A DNA stretch of 63,025 nt, counting the filler, from Reclinomonas americana ATCC 50394 (taxonomy: Eukaryota): the NCBI GenBank assembly GCA_048213135.1. It is 23 parts of 23 records of this genome, joined end to end, with 100 filler letters (N's around TTAATTAATTAA, not from the genome) between each part and the next. Parts side by side here need not be neighbours in the genome. Positions count along the whole stretch, not along the records: positions 43,719 to 46,231 come from AFZH01023816.1; positions 46,332 to 52,343 come from AFZH01023818.1; positions 52,444 to 58,225 come from AFZH01023819.1; positions 58,326 to 59,716 come from AFZH01023820.1; 19 more parts are not named here. One strand, 5' to 3'. The translations under genes and the position numbers were made by a program. Every line of letters begins with the position of its first letter. The first letter of the stretch is position 1. This document shows, in pieces, positions 45,518 through 59,089 of the stretch. Below the pieces are notes generated by a model, which worked only from the letters and a program-made list of their open reading frames with translations, searched no databases and was not told where the DNA came from.

Positions 45518-46331
45518 TGCAGGAGAAAAACGCGAATGAAATGGGGGAATGGGCGGCAAGAGAGGAGAGAGAAGGGGGAGGGGAAGGGAGAAGGGAGGGG
45601 AAGGGAGGGGAAGGGAGGGGAAGAGAGAGGAGAGAGGAGAGAGGAGAGAGAAGAGATGAGAGGAGAGAGAGGATTGATGCAGACACCAGAATGAGTGAAA
45701 ACAAAGGAGGAGAGAGACTCGAGTAAACAAGATAGAAAGAGAACTTGAGGCCTTTAGAAACCACGAAATCAGTTGAATGAGGGCGAGGAGAGAAGACAGA
45801 GAGAGAAGAGAGACCAAGAGACGAAAGATGCAGACACCAGAATGAGTGAAAACAACGGAGAGACTAAAGAGGAGACAAGAGACTGACAACTGAGCACTTT
45901 GAGGCTTACATAAACCACGAAATGAGTTGTCTCTCTCATTCTACAGCTGCCGTCCATTCATTGCCACTCTGAGCGCCGCGCTTCAACTCGCCACAAAGCG
46001 CGTGTTTCTCGACGAAAACAGCGAAACGATTGATGATTGAAGGAAGAAATTGACTGTAATCAATCTCTCTCTCTCTCTCACCCCTCTCTCTCTCTCAAAT
46101 GTGTGCATGTGTGTGTGTGTGTGTGTGTGCAGGTGTGTGTGTGCATCTGTCGCACTTTCACATTTCCCTCATTTTTTGCATCTCACCTTCACCCTCATCT
46201 CCCCCCTGCAACAACGAGCTGACCGCCACCGNNNNNNNNNNNNNNNNNNNNNNNNNNNNNNNNNNNNNNNNNNNNTTAATTAATTAANNNNNNNNNNNNN
46301 NNNNNNNNNNNNNNNNNNNNNNNNNNNNNNN

Positions 46332-46974
46332 GACCGAAACTGCCGCCGCCAAGGGCGGCAGCTCATCCGGCGCCTCCGGCTCGGGCAGCTCCTCGACGAC
46401 TGCCACCACCGCGACGACGACGACAACAACAGCTGCTGCCGCTGCTGCTGCCCCCACCGCTGCTGCTGCATCTGCTCCGCGTACCCCAACCGCTGCTGCT
46501 GCTGCTGCTGCTCCTGCTCCACGTGCTGCTACCGCCGCGGCTCCTCCCGCCTCTGCAGCGCAGGGTGGCGCGAGTGCCGCCGAGCCTGCATCCAACGCCA
46601 CCACCCCTCCGCCTCCTGCTCTGCTCCCGGAGCAGCAGCGCATGCTCTACGAAGTGTGGTGCGCCATGACGGGCGGCTGCGGAGCGTGTGCCGATTGCGA
46701 GGCACGATTCGCGGCCATGGACATGTGGTACCAGTTTCACTTTGACGAGGCCACCGGCCTCATTATGCCCAACGTGCCGTTTGACTTGCGTGGTGGGCCC
46801 ACGGCCGCTGCGCCTGCTGCACATCCTCCTCGACCGCGACAGGGTGACGCTGCGACTGGCGCACCTCCTCCTCGACCACGTCAGGGTGACGCTGCGGCTG
46901 GCGCACCGCCTCCGCGACCGCGACAGGCCGACGGCAAGCAAGACGACGCGGGGAAGGAGAAGCCGGCAAAGTGA
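46332..46974 (+). CDS. 3' end of an Ala/Thr/Pro-rich protein with a small Cys cluster
   Basis: Open frame; WCAMTGGCGACADC; PPRPRQGDAA repeats. Confidence 0.55.
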
Positions 46975-47062
46975 TCTTGTTAGTATTATTATTTCTTCTA
47001 CATTGTAACAGCAAAACATTATTAAACAGCAGCAAAACAATTATCTCAAAACCCACAGGTTG

Positions 47063-50000
47063 TCAACTGCTAAAGTCGACAAACGTGTGGAACCCATACT
47101 GCACGCCGACCTCAAAGTGCTCGACATGGGCGCGGCACACGGGGCAGCCGTCGCCGCGTGCCACCACATTGACGGCACACTCGTGGCACACGACTTCGTG
47201 GCCACACGGGCGCAATCGCGTGTTGCGCGTGCCGTCACACAGCACGCAGGCACGATGGCACGACAGCGCCACGAGTTCACGAAGTTCTGTGGCGAGCTCG
47301 TCGGCCGACGGACGCAGCGAGTGGCGCCCATCGATGCACCGCAGTGCCAGCCGCAGAGTTCGCTCGCACAGCTGCGTGGGCCACACGCGACCGACTCGGG
47401 AGTCGGCCAGCATCACCGCCTCGTCGCCGAGCGCGTGGCCACTGTCGGCAACACGCGCCAGCTCCTCAAGCTGCTGCCGGCGACGATGAATCTCGTCGAT
47501 CGGCATGCCCGAGAAGAGCTGCAGCAGAATGAGACCGAGGCTGAAGACGTCGGCGCTCGGGCGCAGCTCGCCGTCAATGGCACACGGGTCGGCGTACTTG
47601 AGGTCGCCAGCAAATGGCACACGCATGAACGACTGCGCAAAGGAAAAGGGTGAGCGACGAGGCGAGGAAAGGAGATTGTGAACAAACAAACCTCCGACGT
47701 GTGGAACCAGTGGGCCACTCCCAAGTCCGAGATGTGCGCCTGGCCGCGGTCGTCGAAGAGAATGTTGGACGGCTTCAGGTCGCGGTGAATCACTGAAGTG
47801 GGAGGCGAGAGTCGAGTAAGCACACATTACTTTTGAATTGTTGTGGTGATGGAGGAGGAAAACGCAACAGTGCAGCTGGTGGAGGGAGGCCACAGACTCG
47901 GCGCAGCGCAACATGCACGACATGCGGTCCTCGATCGACATGATGGGAATGTCGAGGCGCTCGTACTCCAACAGGCGGTGCTCGAGATTGTACTCGCTGC
48001 GCAGACGAGAAGGGTGAGTAACCTCCACAACACAAAATATCTTTGTTGTCAAAGTGCACACCTCATGGCTTCCAGAACAATGCAGCGCTTGCCGTCCGCG
48101 GACTCGGCATAGCCGAGCATTTGCACCACACCGGCCACAGTCGCCGCCTTGAGCTTCTCCAACTGGGCACCAAGAATAAAGTGAGCTTTGCTGCCTCCTT
48201 TCCTCCCCCGCTCTCCCCCACATCGACTCACCTCATTGGCAAACGACTCGGCGTACCACGGGGCCAGTCGGTCAAACACCTTGACGGCCACCTGCTGCCG
48301 CTTCCACCGACCGCCGTACACGTTGGCCTGGCCACCGCCGCCGAGTGGGCACGCAAAATTGTGTGTCATCGAGCACACTTGTGCCCACGTGAACACGGTC
48401 ATGTGACCGGTACAGTGAATCAACTCGTGCTGCACGGTCTCCAGGTCGGCCTCCAGTCGCAGCACGCGCTCGCGCTCCTGCTTCAGTCGCTCCTCGGTCT
48501 CCTGCAACTCGCGCTGCAGCGCCTCGGTGCGCTGCTGCATCATCGACGACGGGCTGCGTGCGTCCATCTCCCGCTGCAGATCCTCCACCAGCGTCTCACT
48601 GCGCACGGCGCGCACGCGCCAGTGCTCCACTTGCTGTTCAAACTCGGTAATGGCGGCCTCGCGCCGGAAGAAGCGGTCGCGCCAGGTGAGCGACAACTGC
48701 TGCCGCTCGCGTGTCACGTCGCGCTGCTCGGCCAGGTCGCGTTGCAGCTCGCGAATGGTCTCCTCGCACACGCGCACGCGCTCCCGCTCCTCGTCCACCT
48801 GCTTGCGCAACTGTGCAGCGGCAATGTCGCGCTGCTGCACCTCCTCCTGCGCCTGCTGCAGCTGGCGTTGCAGCTGTGCGCCCTGCGTGTCGCTGTCGCG
48901 CTGCCGCCGCCGCAACTCCACCGCCTCCACGCGCATCTGCTCAATGACCGACTCGCGCTCCAGTGTCTGGCTGCGCTGCTCGTCGAGGTACTTGCGCAGC
49001 TGCGAGGAGGTGATTTCGTTTTGTTGCGCCACCTTGCGCCACTCGTCGACCTCGCCCAGCAGCTTGGCCACCAGGGATTCCTTGTCGCGGAGTTGGCGGC
49101 AGAGGTTGTCGGCGGCCGCCAGTTCTTGCTGCAAAAGGGAAAAGGAGAATAGGGGGAAGGGGGAAGGGTGAGAAAGAGAAGGGGGAAGGGAGGGAAAGAG
49201 GGGAAAGGGAAGGAGAGGAGAGGAGAGGAGAGGAGAGGAGAGGAGAGGAGAGGAGAGGAGAGGTGAGAAAAGAAGAGTAAAGAAGAGAGCAGAGCTGAGG
49301 AGAGGAGAGGAGAGGCAAGAGGACAGGAGAGGAGAGGAGAAGACAAGAGGCGAGAGGAGAGATGAGATGAGAGGGAGGTAAGAAAGAAGAGTAGAGAAGA
49401 GAGCAGAGCAGAGGAGAAGAGAAGAAGAGTGAAAGAAAATGAGACGGTGGAGAAGTGACGAGAAGAGGCATGATGAGAAGGAAAAGAGGAGAATAGAGGG
49501 GAGACAAGAGACAGTGAGAACAAACGAGAGGAGCACGGAGAGAGAGGAAGGCATGAACAACCAGGAGTGACAACGGCAGTGCGTGGAAGGTCGCAAGTGC
49601 AGCGAGGAAGACGAGGACGAGGGCGGAGACCCAGGAGCGTGGAAATAGAGCGAGGAAGCGAGAAGAGAAAATGGTGAGAGCATGCATGGGGCAGACAGAA
49701 GCTTTTTGTCGACAGTCTCCTTCCTTGATTTCCCCACACACCTTCTTCACCACATCCTCGTCACAGTACAGCGGAAAGATGCCCTCTGCAACGCACGACG
49801 AAATGAGCACTCTGCGCACAAAGCCTGCTCTCCCTCCGTCCCTCGCACCTTCATCGACATAATCGACCGACAACTGCTCCACGCCAGTGCACATCTTGGC
49901 GGCCTTCTCCAGCACCTCCGCACATCGCACATGCTGTGCCCCACACGCCACCTGCTCCGCCGTCCTTCCCTGCTTATCCACCATGTGCACCAGCTCAGGG

Positions 50001-50482
50001 CACGCCGTCGCCAACGCCCGCACCACCTCGACATGCCCTTGCGAGGCCGCAATATGCAACGCCGTCCATCGACTGACCGTTTCCGTGGCGACCACAAGTC
50101 GCGGTGGACACCGCCGCGAGTCCGCCAGCAACCAATTCACTACAGTCTCGTGTCCGCCACGCGCGGCGGCCATTAGTGCTGTCCATCCATCGCGAGCCAC
50201 ATGGTGCGCAAGCTGCATGGCGCTCTCCCGCGTGCCCTCCTCCCATAGCATCTCCAGCACTTCCAGGTGGCCTTTGAAGGCGGCCCAGTAAAAGGCCGAG
50301 TAGCCGGAGCTGCTGATCTCCTCGCAGGAGAGCAGAGGATGGGCGATGGTCGACGAGGCAGAGGAGGAGGAGGTGGTGGTTGTCAATGAGGAGCATGATC
50401 GGCGCAGAGAGGAGGTGTCTGAGGAGGAGGACGACTTGGCAAAGTCGAGCAGAGAGCGCAGGCGAGGCAGGTCGCCGTGCAT
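47063..50482 (-). CDS. Ankyrin-repeat / coiled-coil / IRAK-RLK-like protein kinase / RING protein, 6 exons
   Basis: Three or more ANK repeats ([13 protein letters not shown]), about 240-aa coiled coil, [35 protein letters not shown]3HC4 CVLC..PCGH..CHEC..CPVC. Confidence 0.88.
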
Positions 50483-50814
50483 GGCCAGTTCCCAGGCTCG
50501 TCGACTGGTTGTGGACAGAGAGTGAGTGGAGACAGAGAGAGAGAGAGAGATGCAGTGAGTGAGTGCACGTGAGACTATCGAACCTGACTGTTGTCATGTT
50601 TTTGTGTTTGTGCTGTTGTGTCTTTGCTCTTCGCACGTTGCAAAAAGTCGCGGTGGTCTTCGCTATGCGAGCATCGCGATGAACGGCAAATTTGAGGTGC
50701 TCGCGATATTTTTCGAGCGCGGGAAAACCGATGTGCAGCGCGGTGCAGCGCGGAGTGGTGGAGGGCGGCGAGTTGCATTTCAGGTGTGAGTACTTGTGGG
50801 GGATGTAGGCAATC

Positions 50815-50845
<31 letters not shown>

Positions 50846-51049
50846 TCTTTGCAAGCCGCGGATAGAAGAAGAATACGAAATTGGTGTCCGGTTTGAATAT
50901 TCGTTTTCGAACATCGATCTCCACCGCGCTGCAGCGGGCCCAGCAGGGTAATTATATCGGGGTGGCGTGAATGATTTAAAGCAGTACAGCTGCATGACGC
51001 AATGCGGCTGCATGCGCCATCGTGAGCGCCAACCGCAGAATGCACGAAA

Positions 51050-51360
51050 AGAACTCCAAGAAGTCATCGATGCATCGGTTTGCGGATCGAATTGCAGCAG
51101 ATGGTTGTAGGCCCTGATGTGTGTGTTCTGACACCAACACCCCTTGCTCTTTGTGCATCCTTTTTGGAATTCGGCGTCATGTCCATGCTTGTCAAGAGCC
51201 GTGGTTTCTCTTGCAGAAACGCCAGCATAAGCCATCTCGACTTTTTCTCGTTTTTCCCGTGTTGTCTGAGTTTCTTGTGCTCATTCAAGACGGTGATCAT
51301 CATGCAGCTGTGTTGCTGTTTGCAATTGGATCCGCAAAGTTGTTGTTGTTGTTGTGGCCT
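51050..51360 (-). repeat. Dispersed repeat family, copy 3
   Basis: Inverted match to 37086-37330. Confidence 0.75.
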
Positions 51361-51731
51361 CAGTCTTCGTCGGCGAGGGAGCGTCTGCAATCGAGTTGTC
51401 GCTTTTGTTCGAAATTCTCTTCACAGCGATCGGAACATTGCAGAGAACAGCCAGCGCGCTTGTGCAGGCAACAAATGCACCCAGGGTTCATAGCGCAAGT
51501 GTCGACATGCCGCACATTGGCCAGCTGGCCTCGCGATATCGATCAGCCGGATCGATTTCGAATTCGAAGCCAGCTGCAGTATCGATGACCTGATGAAGCA
51601 GCAGCAGTTGTTCCACGTTTACGTGCACGCAACCCTCCATGAGAGGCACTCCGCGGTACCCCAGACAGCCTCCTCAGCTGCAGCCTTTGACCCGCGCGAG
51701 ATGATTTCGTCGAACCAATCAACCATTTGTG

Positions 51732-53021
51732 ATGAGTTGTTGTGCGAGCGGGCAACAACAAGATGCAAGCAAGGCGGCCGACGAGGCCGTGTTTGCCAGT
51801 GTGAAGGATTACTACGGAAGGGTGCTGGGGTCAAGGTGAGAAGAAGAGAAGGAGACAGAGAGGGTGAGACTGAGAGTGAGAAGAAGAGGAAGAGGGAGAG
51901 CGAGAGTGAGAGTGAGAGTGTGAGGGAGTGAGTGAGTGAGAGAGAGAGAGAGAGAGTGAGTGAGTGAGTGAGTGTGTGTGTGCGAGAGAGAGAGGAGACA
52001 GTGAGCAGTGAATGCAAGAAGAGGATCAAGACGCAGCGAAGAGTGAGAGTGTGATTGGATGTTGTACTCTCTCTCACTTGTGGCCTCCTTCAACTTCTTT
52101 GTCCTTTCCTTCTTCTTTTTCGTGTTTGTGGTTCTTGTCCTCCTCCCCCACACCTCCTTCTCATTCTCCTTCTCCTCTTTCTCCTTCTCCTCTTCTCCTC
52201 CTCCTCCTCCTCCTCCTCCTCCTCCTCCTCCTCCTCCTCCTCCTCCTCCTCCTTCCCCCTCTCCTCCTTCTCCTCCTCCTTCCCCTCCTTCCCCTCCTTC
52301 CCCTCGTTCCCCTCCTTCCCCCCTCACCCTTCACCCTCCCCAGNNNNNNNNNNNNNNNNNNNNNNNNNNNNNNNNNNNNNNNNNNNNTTAATTAATTAAN
52401 NNNNNNNNNNNNNNNNNNNNNNNNNNNNNNNNNNNNNNNNNNNAGGTCTTCCGGGTGCTGAAGAATGGCGGCGAGTTCCACTTCTCCGACGTGTACTGCG
52501 ATCGGCGGTTGCCGGCTGCGCTGCGCACGCACCCGGTGCTGCTCGGTGAGTGTCTCGGCGGTGCGCTGTACGTGGAGGATTTCAAGCGCATTTGCGCCTC
52601 GGTCGGCTTCACCGACCCGCGTGTGCTGGAGTGCACGCCGATTGAGGTGCACGACGAGGCGCTGCGTGAGCTGCTCGGCCTGGCGCGCTTCTTCTCCATC
52701 ACGTACCGCCTCTTCAAGCTGCCAGAGGGCGTGCTGGAGACCAAGTGCGAGGACTACGGGCAGGTGGCGGTGTACAAGGGCACGCTGCCGGGTTCCGCGC
52801 ACGCCTACACCCTCGACGATCACCACGTGTTCGAGACGAAGAAGCCGGCGCTGGTGTGCGGCAACACGGCGGCCATGCTGCAGGAGACGTGGCTCGCACC
52901 GCACTTTACGATTGTTGGCGATCGCAGCACGCACTTTGGATTGTTTGATTGCGGAGATGGTGGTGGTGTGGCCGCTGCTGGCGGATCCGGAGGCTCGTGC
53001 TCAGCAGGCGGTTGCTGCTGA
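51732..53021 (+). CDS. AS3MT: Arsenite methyltransferase; exon 1 at 51732-51835, C-terminus at 52444-53021, middle lost in the gap
   Basis: SVKDYYGRVL N-terminus; RVLKNGGEFHFSDVY, LLGECLGGALY, FFSITYRLFK, CEDYGQ, VCGNT, HFGLF, GGCC*. Confidence 0.92.
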
Positions 53022-53335
53022 AATGGGAGAGGGTGAGAACATGCAGAGGGGAAATGAGTGCAGTGAGGCTTCCGTTGCTGTATCGCATGAAGAGCTTTGG
53101 TCGAACACGCAATCAATATAATCCAAAACCGAACACAGATTGTGCAATCGCTTCCTTTGCTCACTCTTCCCGTCCCTCCGCCTTCCTTCTCCCACCCAAC
53201 ACCGTCACCCTCACACAAACACTTCTCTCACTCCCCTGCCCTCCATCACATGGCGTGCGAAGTTCACCGACTTCGCGCCCCGCCTTACTGTCCAGCGTCT
53301 GACATCACGCAGCGCACCTCCTCTTCTTGCAGCGA

Positions 53336-56300
53336 ATGGCACTGCACTTCTCACACACCACACTCGAGGACGTGCACCCCTCACAAGTCTTCTGGGTGAC
53401 CGTCACCCCCACACTCATCGCCACCGCCTGTCGCGATGGCACACTGCGCGTATTCGACGCACAGACTCTCGCCTGCGTGAGCGCACACGAGGGCGCCCAC
53501 GAAGGCGGCTGTGTCCGCGTCCTCTTCTCCCCACCAAGACCTCAGCAGCAACATCTACTGGTGAGCACAGGCCTAGGCGCTCCCTCGCCCACTGTGCGCA
53601 TGTGGGAGGTGTCGGCCTCGGGTGCCGACCTCACACCACTGTGGACCGGCGAAGGGCACTCGGCAAGCATCTGCAGCGTGTGCATGACTCGCGACATGCG
53701 TTCGGTGTTTACGGGCTCACGGGACACCACCATTCGCCAGTGGGAGGCAACGTCGGGCACCTGCGTGCGCGTTCTGCGCGGGCATGCGTCGTACGTGCGC
53801 GGATTGGCGCTGTTTGGCGGTCAAACGCAGCAGTTCTTGGTCAGTGGCTCGGGCGATAAGACCATGCGGGTGTGGTTGGTGGAGAGCGGGCAGCAGGTGC
53901 GTACGCTGCGGGCGGAGACGGGCGTGACGGCTGTGGATGTGTCGCCCGACGGGAGCACCATCATGTCGGGGCATGCGAATGGAGTGGTGTCGCTGTGGTC
54001 GTTCAAGAATGGCGTCGTCGATCGGCAGCTGCGTGGGCATGCCACGATGGTGAACTCGTGCGTGTTTGCGCCGGAGGGGACGCTGGTGTTGTCGGCGGCG
54101 CACGGTGAGAGAAGGGAAAGGGGTAGAAGGGGAAAGAGAAAGGGGAAGCGAGTGCGAGAGACATGAGAATTATGTACGCTGCTGCCTTGGATGGTGCACT
54201 AACAGAGTTGGTTTGTGTCGTTGAGAAGAGAATTCACGGGGCTGAAGAGAGTGACTCTGTGTTGTGAGCATGGAGCATGTGCTGCTCCGCAGAAGTAGGA
54301 GAGACGAAGACAGTGAGGACTCTTCGTGCGGTCACCAGTTTGCTGCTGGTGCGAGGCAGATGCGTGAGACAGATTTACAGAGTGTCCTTGGTGGCGGAGA
54401 GTCAGAAAAGGAATCTGCGCTCTGCAGTAGATAGTGCTTCTGTCAAGAGAATGCGCGGGTGAGCAGTGTGCTTTCACAGAGAAGACCTCTGTGAGTCAAT
54501 GTGTCTGTTCGAGAGATGCACATCGTGTCTCGGATGTTGTGTGCTCAGCACTCTGTTTTGTGCGAGAGACTCTGCGTGTTTCGAATGTAGTCAGGAATTG
54601 TGCGCTCGTGAGTCGTCAGAGAAGATGTCGTTGTGCTGTGGCCGACAGGAAGTGTTGGGATTCCAGCCGAGAGTGGCAGTAAGCTGTTGAGGGGTTCGAT
54701 AACATGGCGTGTACGACTTGAGCGAGGGAGATAAGCACCTCGAACACCACGAGAACGGCAATCTTTCGCCCATTCTTTGTCACTTCTCAAATCTTTCACT
54801 CGCCCACTCTCTTCTCGTTATCGACCGAACGGTGTAAATGAGAATTACGCTCAGCTTCTCCTTCTCGAGTGAGTGCGCGACAGGGTTGAGGCATCGTGCT
54901 GTGTGTGGGCAAGAGCTGAAGAGAAACTCAACTCCTTCCACCGCAAGTGAATTTATTCGTCTGTGATGTCACTCTGCCATATAGTTTCGCTCTGTTCAGC
55001 AGCACATTACCTTTCGACAGAGAGAGGCGTCAACTACTGTGTGGTCACATTCTACTCAAGAGCAACTCTCATTCTCTACTTCCGAAGCGAGTGAGTCTGT
55101 CGGTGCGAGTGCCATGGCACTCTGCTGAATAGCTTTCGTTCTTTTTCTTATCACTTTCTCTTTCGACTGGGTTGAAGACACACAAGCAGTGAGCGTGCGT
55201 AGACATGCAACTCTTGTTTATTCTTTCATTCGATTGGGATTAGTCTTCAAGCTGTTTGGGCAATGCTGCACTGTTCTGCAGCTCTTCTTGTGTGGTTCCG
55301 CTGTGAGTGAGTTAGCTGCCACATAGTTTCGCTCTGTTCGTTATCGCTTTCCTTTCGTCTGTGTTGAAGACTCAAGCAGTGTGTGCAGAGGAAACGCAGC
55401 TCTTTGTTTATTATTCAGTTTAGTCTTCAGGCTGTGTGGGCATAGCTGCATCTGTTCTGCTAAGAGTGAGAAAGTGTGTATGTTGGTGTGTGCACAAGGG
55501 CGCTTTCACCCACCTTTCCCACCTTGCTCCTTTCACATTCCCGTTCATCTCAGCATGACACCCCATTCCGTCAGTCTCCTCACCCTCTCCTCTTCCCCCC
55601 TTCCCCCTTCCCCCCTTCCCCCCTTCCCCGTCCTGCTCCCCTCCTCCCAGACAAAACGGTGCGCCTGTGGAACTCCGCCACACGAGAAAACGTGGCCACG
55701 CTTGAAGGCCACGGCTTGTGCGTCTGGTGCGCCGCCATTATGCCCAACGGGCAGTTTGTGAGTGCATCCGAGGACAAATCCGTAATGATCTGGCGCCCAG
55801 GTCTGCATGCCCCTCACCGCCTTGTCCCTCCGCCTCCCTGTTTTTGCTCACTTCTTCTCTCGCAGATCTTCCTGGGGCGGCTCCGCTGCCGGCGCCACCC
55901 ATCCGCAACTCCATTGTGCGACCACCCATCGCGCCCGAACGCAACCCCACTCCACCCCTCGTCGTACCTGCGGCAGCAGCAGCAGCAGCTGCACCACCTC
56001 CGCCAGCAGCACCTGTTCACGCTCCCGTTCCCGTTCCAGCAGCCGGCAGCGCTGTTGCTTCATCGGCCGCAGCCGTGATTCCTCATGCGGGCGGCGCCGC
56101 GGCCGCCGGTGCCTCTGCCGTCCTCTCAGCTGCGGCCGCTGGTGGACACGCCGACTCGGCAGCACGCACGCAGGAGGTCCATGCCCTGCGCACCCAACTG
56201 CAACAGGCCGAGGCCGCACACGCGGAGACTCGTCGCGCGCTGGAAGGAGAGCTGGCGGCGCTGCGCGCGCAACTGGCCGAGACCGAAGCGGTTCGCTTGG

Positions 56301-58013
56301 CGGCCGAGGAGCGAGCCACCGACGCTGAGGAGCGAGCGACGGCCGCCGAGGAGGAAGCGGAGAGGCTCCGTGAGCGCATGACAGACAGCGAGGAGGTGGT
56401 GGCAGCTCTGCAGACGCAACTCAACAGCGTAGAGAACGAGTTGAGAACGGAGCAACAACGCGTCGCCGAGAAGGACGAGGAGTTGGCGCGGTTGCGACAT
56501 GTGGCGCCAGGTTTGCGTGTCGGCAGAGTCGTGTGAGTGGGAGTGTTGCTCATCTCTCTTTCTCTCCCTCTTTGCAGTGCACGCTGCTGTGGTGGAGGCA
56601 CAGGGCGTGCGCGCCTATCCGTGGCAACTGTTGGAGCAGGCCACGGACAACTGGTCGCAGCGGTACTTGGTCGGCGAGGGTGCGCAGGGTCGAGTGTACC
56701 TCGTGCTGCTGGAAAATCAGGAGGTCGCTATCAAGATGCTGACGGCGGACACGGATGTGCGACAGGAGGCGTTTGAGCGGGAGGTAAGCATGCTTGGGTG
56801 GGTGCGATAAAGTGGAAGTGTGTGCTGATGTATTTGTGTTTCCATAGGTGGAGATGCTGAGCCGTCTGCGCCACCGTCGTCTTGTTCCTCTGTTGGGTCA
56901 CTCGAGTTCTGTCGGCGGCACAAACCAGAGATGCCTGGTCTACAGGGCGATGGAGTTGCGCTATTGCTCATGTTCCTTTCGTGAAGCTCTCTCTCTCTCT
57001 CTCTCTGGTTGCAACTTCAGCTGCACATTGTACTCGTCTCTGGGAGTGACGACGGCCTGCTCTTCTTCAGCACTTGCATCTCTCTTCGTCGTCTCTGTCT
57101 CTTCTCTTCCTTCAGAGCTACCGCTACACATTACATGCGTCGTTGGGAGCAGTGACGGCCTGTTTTCTGTTGTGTCCTTTCTTCTCCAGCACTTGAAAAA
57201 GTGACCGTCCTTTCCCCTTTCTCTCAGCACTTCGTCCAATGTGATTCACGCCACTACACGTCGTACGTGTCGTTGGAAGAATCGACGGCCTGCATCGCCT
57301 GTCTCTCTTCGAGTCGTTTTGTACTTGCCTACTTGCACCTCCTCTCTTCATCCAATCATTCCCGTTCTTCGCTCTCATTTCGTGACTCACCCCCACTTCA
57401 CAGGCGCGACAACCTCGAGATGCGACTCATGATCTCCAACTCGGTGACACCGCCCCTCACCTACACGCAGCGCATGCAGATCGCGCTCGGAATCATTGAG
57501 GGCTTGGTGTTTTTGCATGCGGTGAGAGCGTCGCGATGTAGCAAGTCACTCACCTTGCTCGCTCACCAGTGTGTGCGCAGAACAATGTCGTGCACTGCGA
57601 CCTGAAACCGGCCAACGTGTTGTTGGATCACCGATTGGAGCCGTGTCTGGCCGACTTCGGTATTGCCAAGAGCCTCGGTGCTGACCAGGTGCGTGTGCGC
57701 GTATTCTCTCCTTCATGTTCCTTATCTGTCTCACACACGCCGACACACAGGCCGCGATGACCATGGGCGGCTCACGGTACTATGTGGACCCGCTGTCGCT
57801 GGCCACGGGCGAGTCGGGCTCGGAGGTCGACATGTACGCGTTTGGGGTGATTATTGTGCAGCTGTTGACGCGCAAGGCAGCCAAGGATGCAGTGCAGTTG
57901 GCGCTGCGCGCGCAGCGCACACCCGAGGCGGTGGATGCGGTGGCCGAGGCCGACCGCACTGCCGGGTTGTGGCCGGATGTGGTGGCGCGGAGGTTGCTGG
58001 ATGTGGCGGCGTC
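53336..58013 (+). CDS. WD40 propeller / Pro-Ala linker / coiled-coil / IRAK-RLK-like protein kinase, 8 or more exons, probably 3' truncated
   Basis: About 7 WD repeats; LEQATDNWS..LVGEGAQGRVY, VAIK, FEREVEMLSRLRH, CLVY, VVHCDLKPANVLL, ADFGIAK, YVDP, DMYAFG. Confidence 0.88.
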
Positions 58014-58888
58014 GTTGCGTACATAGGGGAGGGGAAGGGGAAGGGAGGAGAGGGGAAGGGAGGAGAGGGGAAGAGAGGATAGAGGAAAGAGAGGGAGGAG
58101 GAAAAAAGGAACTTGAGCGCGAAACTGGGAGGAGAGAATGAGAGGGAGAGAGAGAGAGGAGGACAGAGGAGGGAGGAGGGAGGGAGTGAGGGAGAAGTCG
58201 GCGAGGAGGGAGAAGTAGGGAAAAANNNNNNNNNNNNNNNNNNNNNNNNNNNNNNNNNNNNNNNNNNNNTTAATTAATTAANNNNNNNNNNNNNNNNNNN
58301 NNNNNNNNNNNNNNNNNNNNNNNNNCGCGCAAAGCAGAATGAGCAGCTAGTGGACGACGAAAAAGGAAAGACGACATCTCTGCCCTCAAATGCGGAAGCA
58401 ATAGGCAACCGGAGGTCGATGTGCGGGGAACAAAGAGGCAGCAGAAAGCTCTCTCTTCAAGGGCGTGAAGCAGGAAAAACAGACCTTGCTTGATGCACGA
58501 AGGATAAGACGACTGACAGACCGAACGGTGTTCTCACTGCAAGAGCTTAACGCAGAAAGAGCGGCACACGATGACCAGCAGTAACCCTCACTGCATAAAG
58601 AAAGCAGATTGAGATGCCCTTGGCTGTTGCGACGACACCAGCTATGTAATACGTTGGAGCAGCGTTTGCGAGAGCAAAAGACGACCAGCAAGAAGCAGAA
58701 TGGATTGGCGAAAGCTTGAGGCAGAGAGAGCTGGCATTGGGCGAGTAAAGGAGAGCACAAGACACAGGGACAGCAACAGCAACCCCCGGTTGATGAAAGG
58801 ATGCAGCACAGGAGCCTGAAGCAGAAAGTAAAGATCTCGAGTGCCAAAGAACTGAGCACAATCTCATCTTGTCGTGCAGCCACGCAAC

Positions 58889-59089
58889 GAAGAGTGCCCG
58901 ATGACTGCCGATCAATGGTCCCGATAATGTTGAGCAGGGTGGTCTTGCCGCCGCCCGAGGGTCCGCGAATCATCACAAACTCGCCTCGTCGCACCGACTC
59001 GAATCCATTGCTGCTGCTCAGCTCGGCGTCGTCCAGGCAAATGTCTTCGAGGGCGTGCACGGTGTCTTCGCGGCCTTGGATGGTGTATT
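58889..59089 (-). CDS. Exon of a LolD/MacB-like ABC ATP-binding protein (protist ABCH-type), partial
   Basis: VHAL..., GEFVMIRGPSGGGKTTLLNIIGTID; flanked by spliceosomal introns. Confidence 0.85.

Noticed and set aside
53010..53021. Possible selenocysteine read-through or alternative genetic code in the protist
   Set aside because: TGA and TAA fall at expected C-termini, and no in-frame stops occur in conserved exons.
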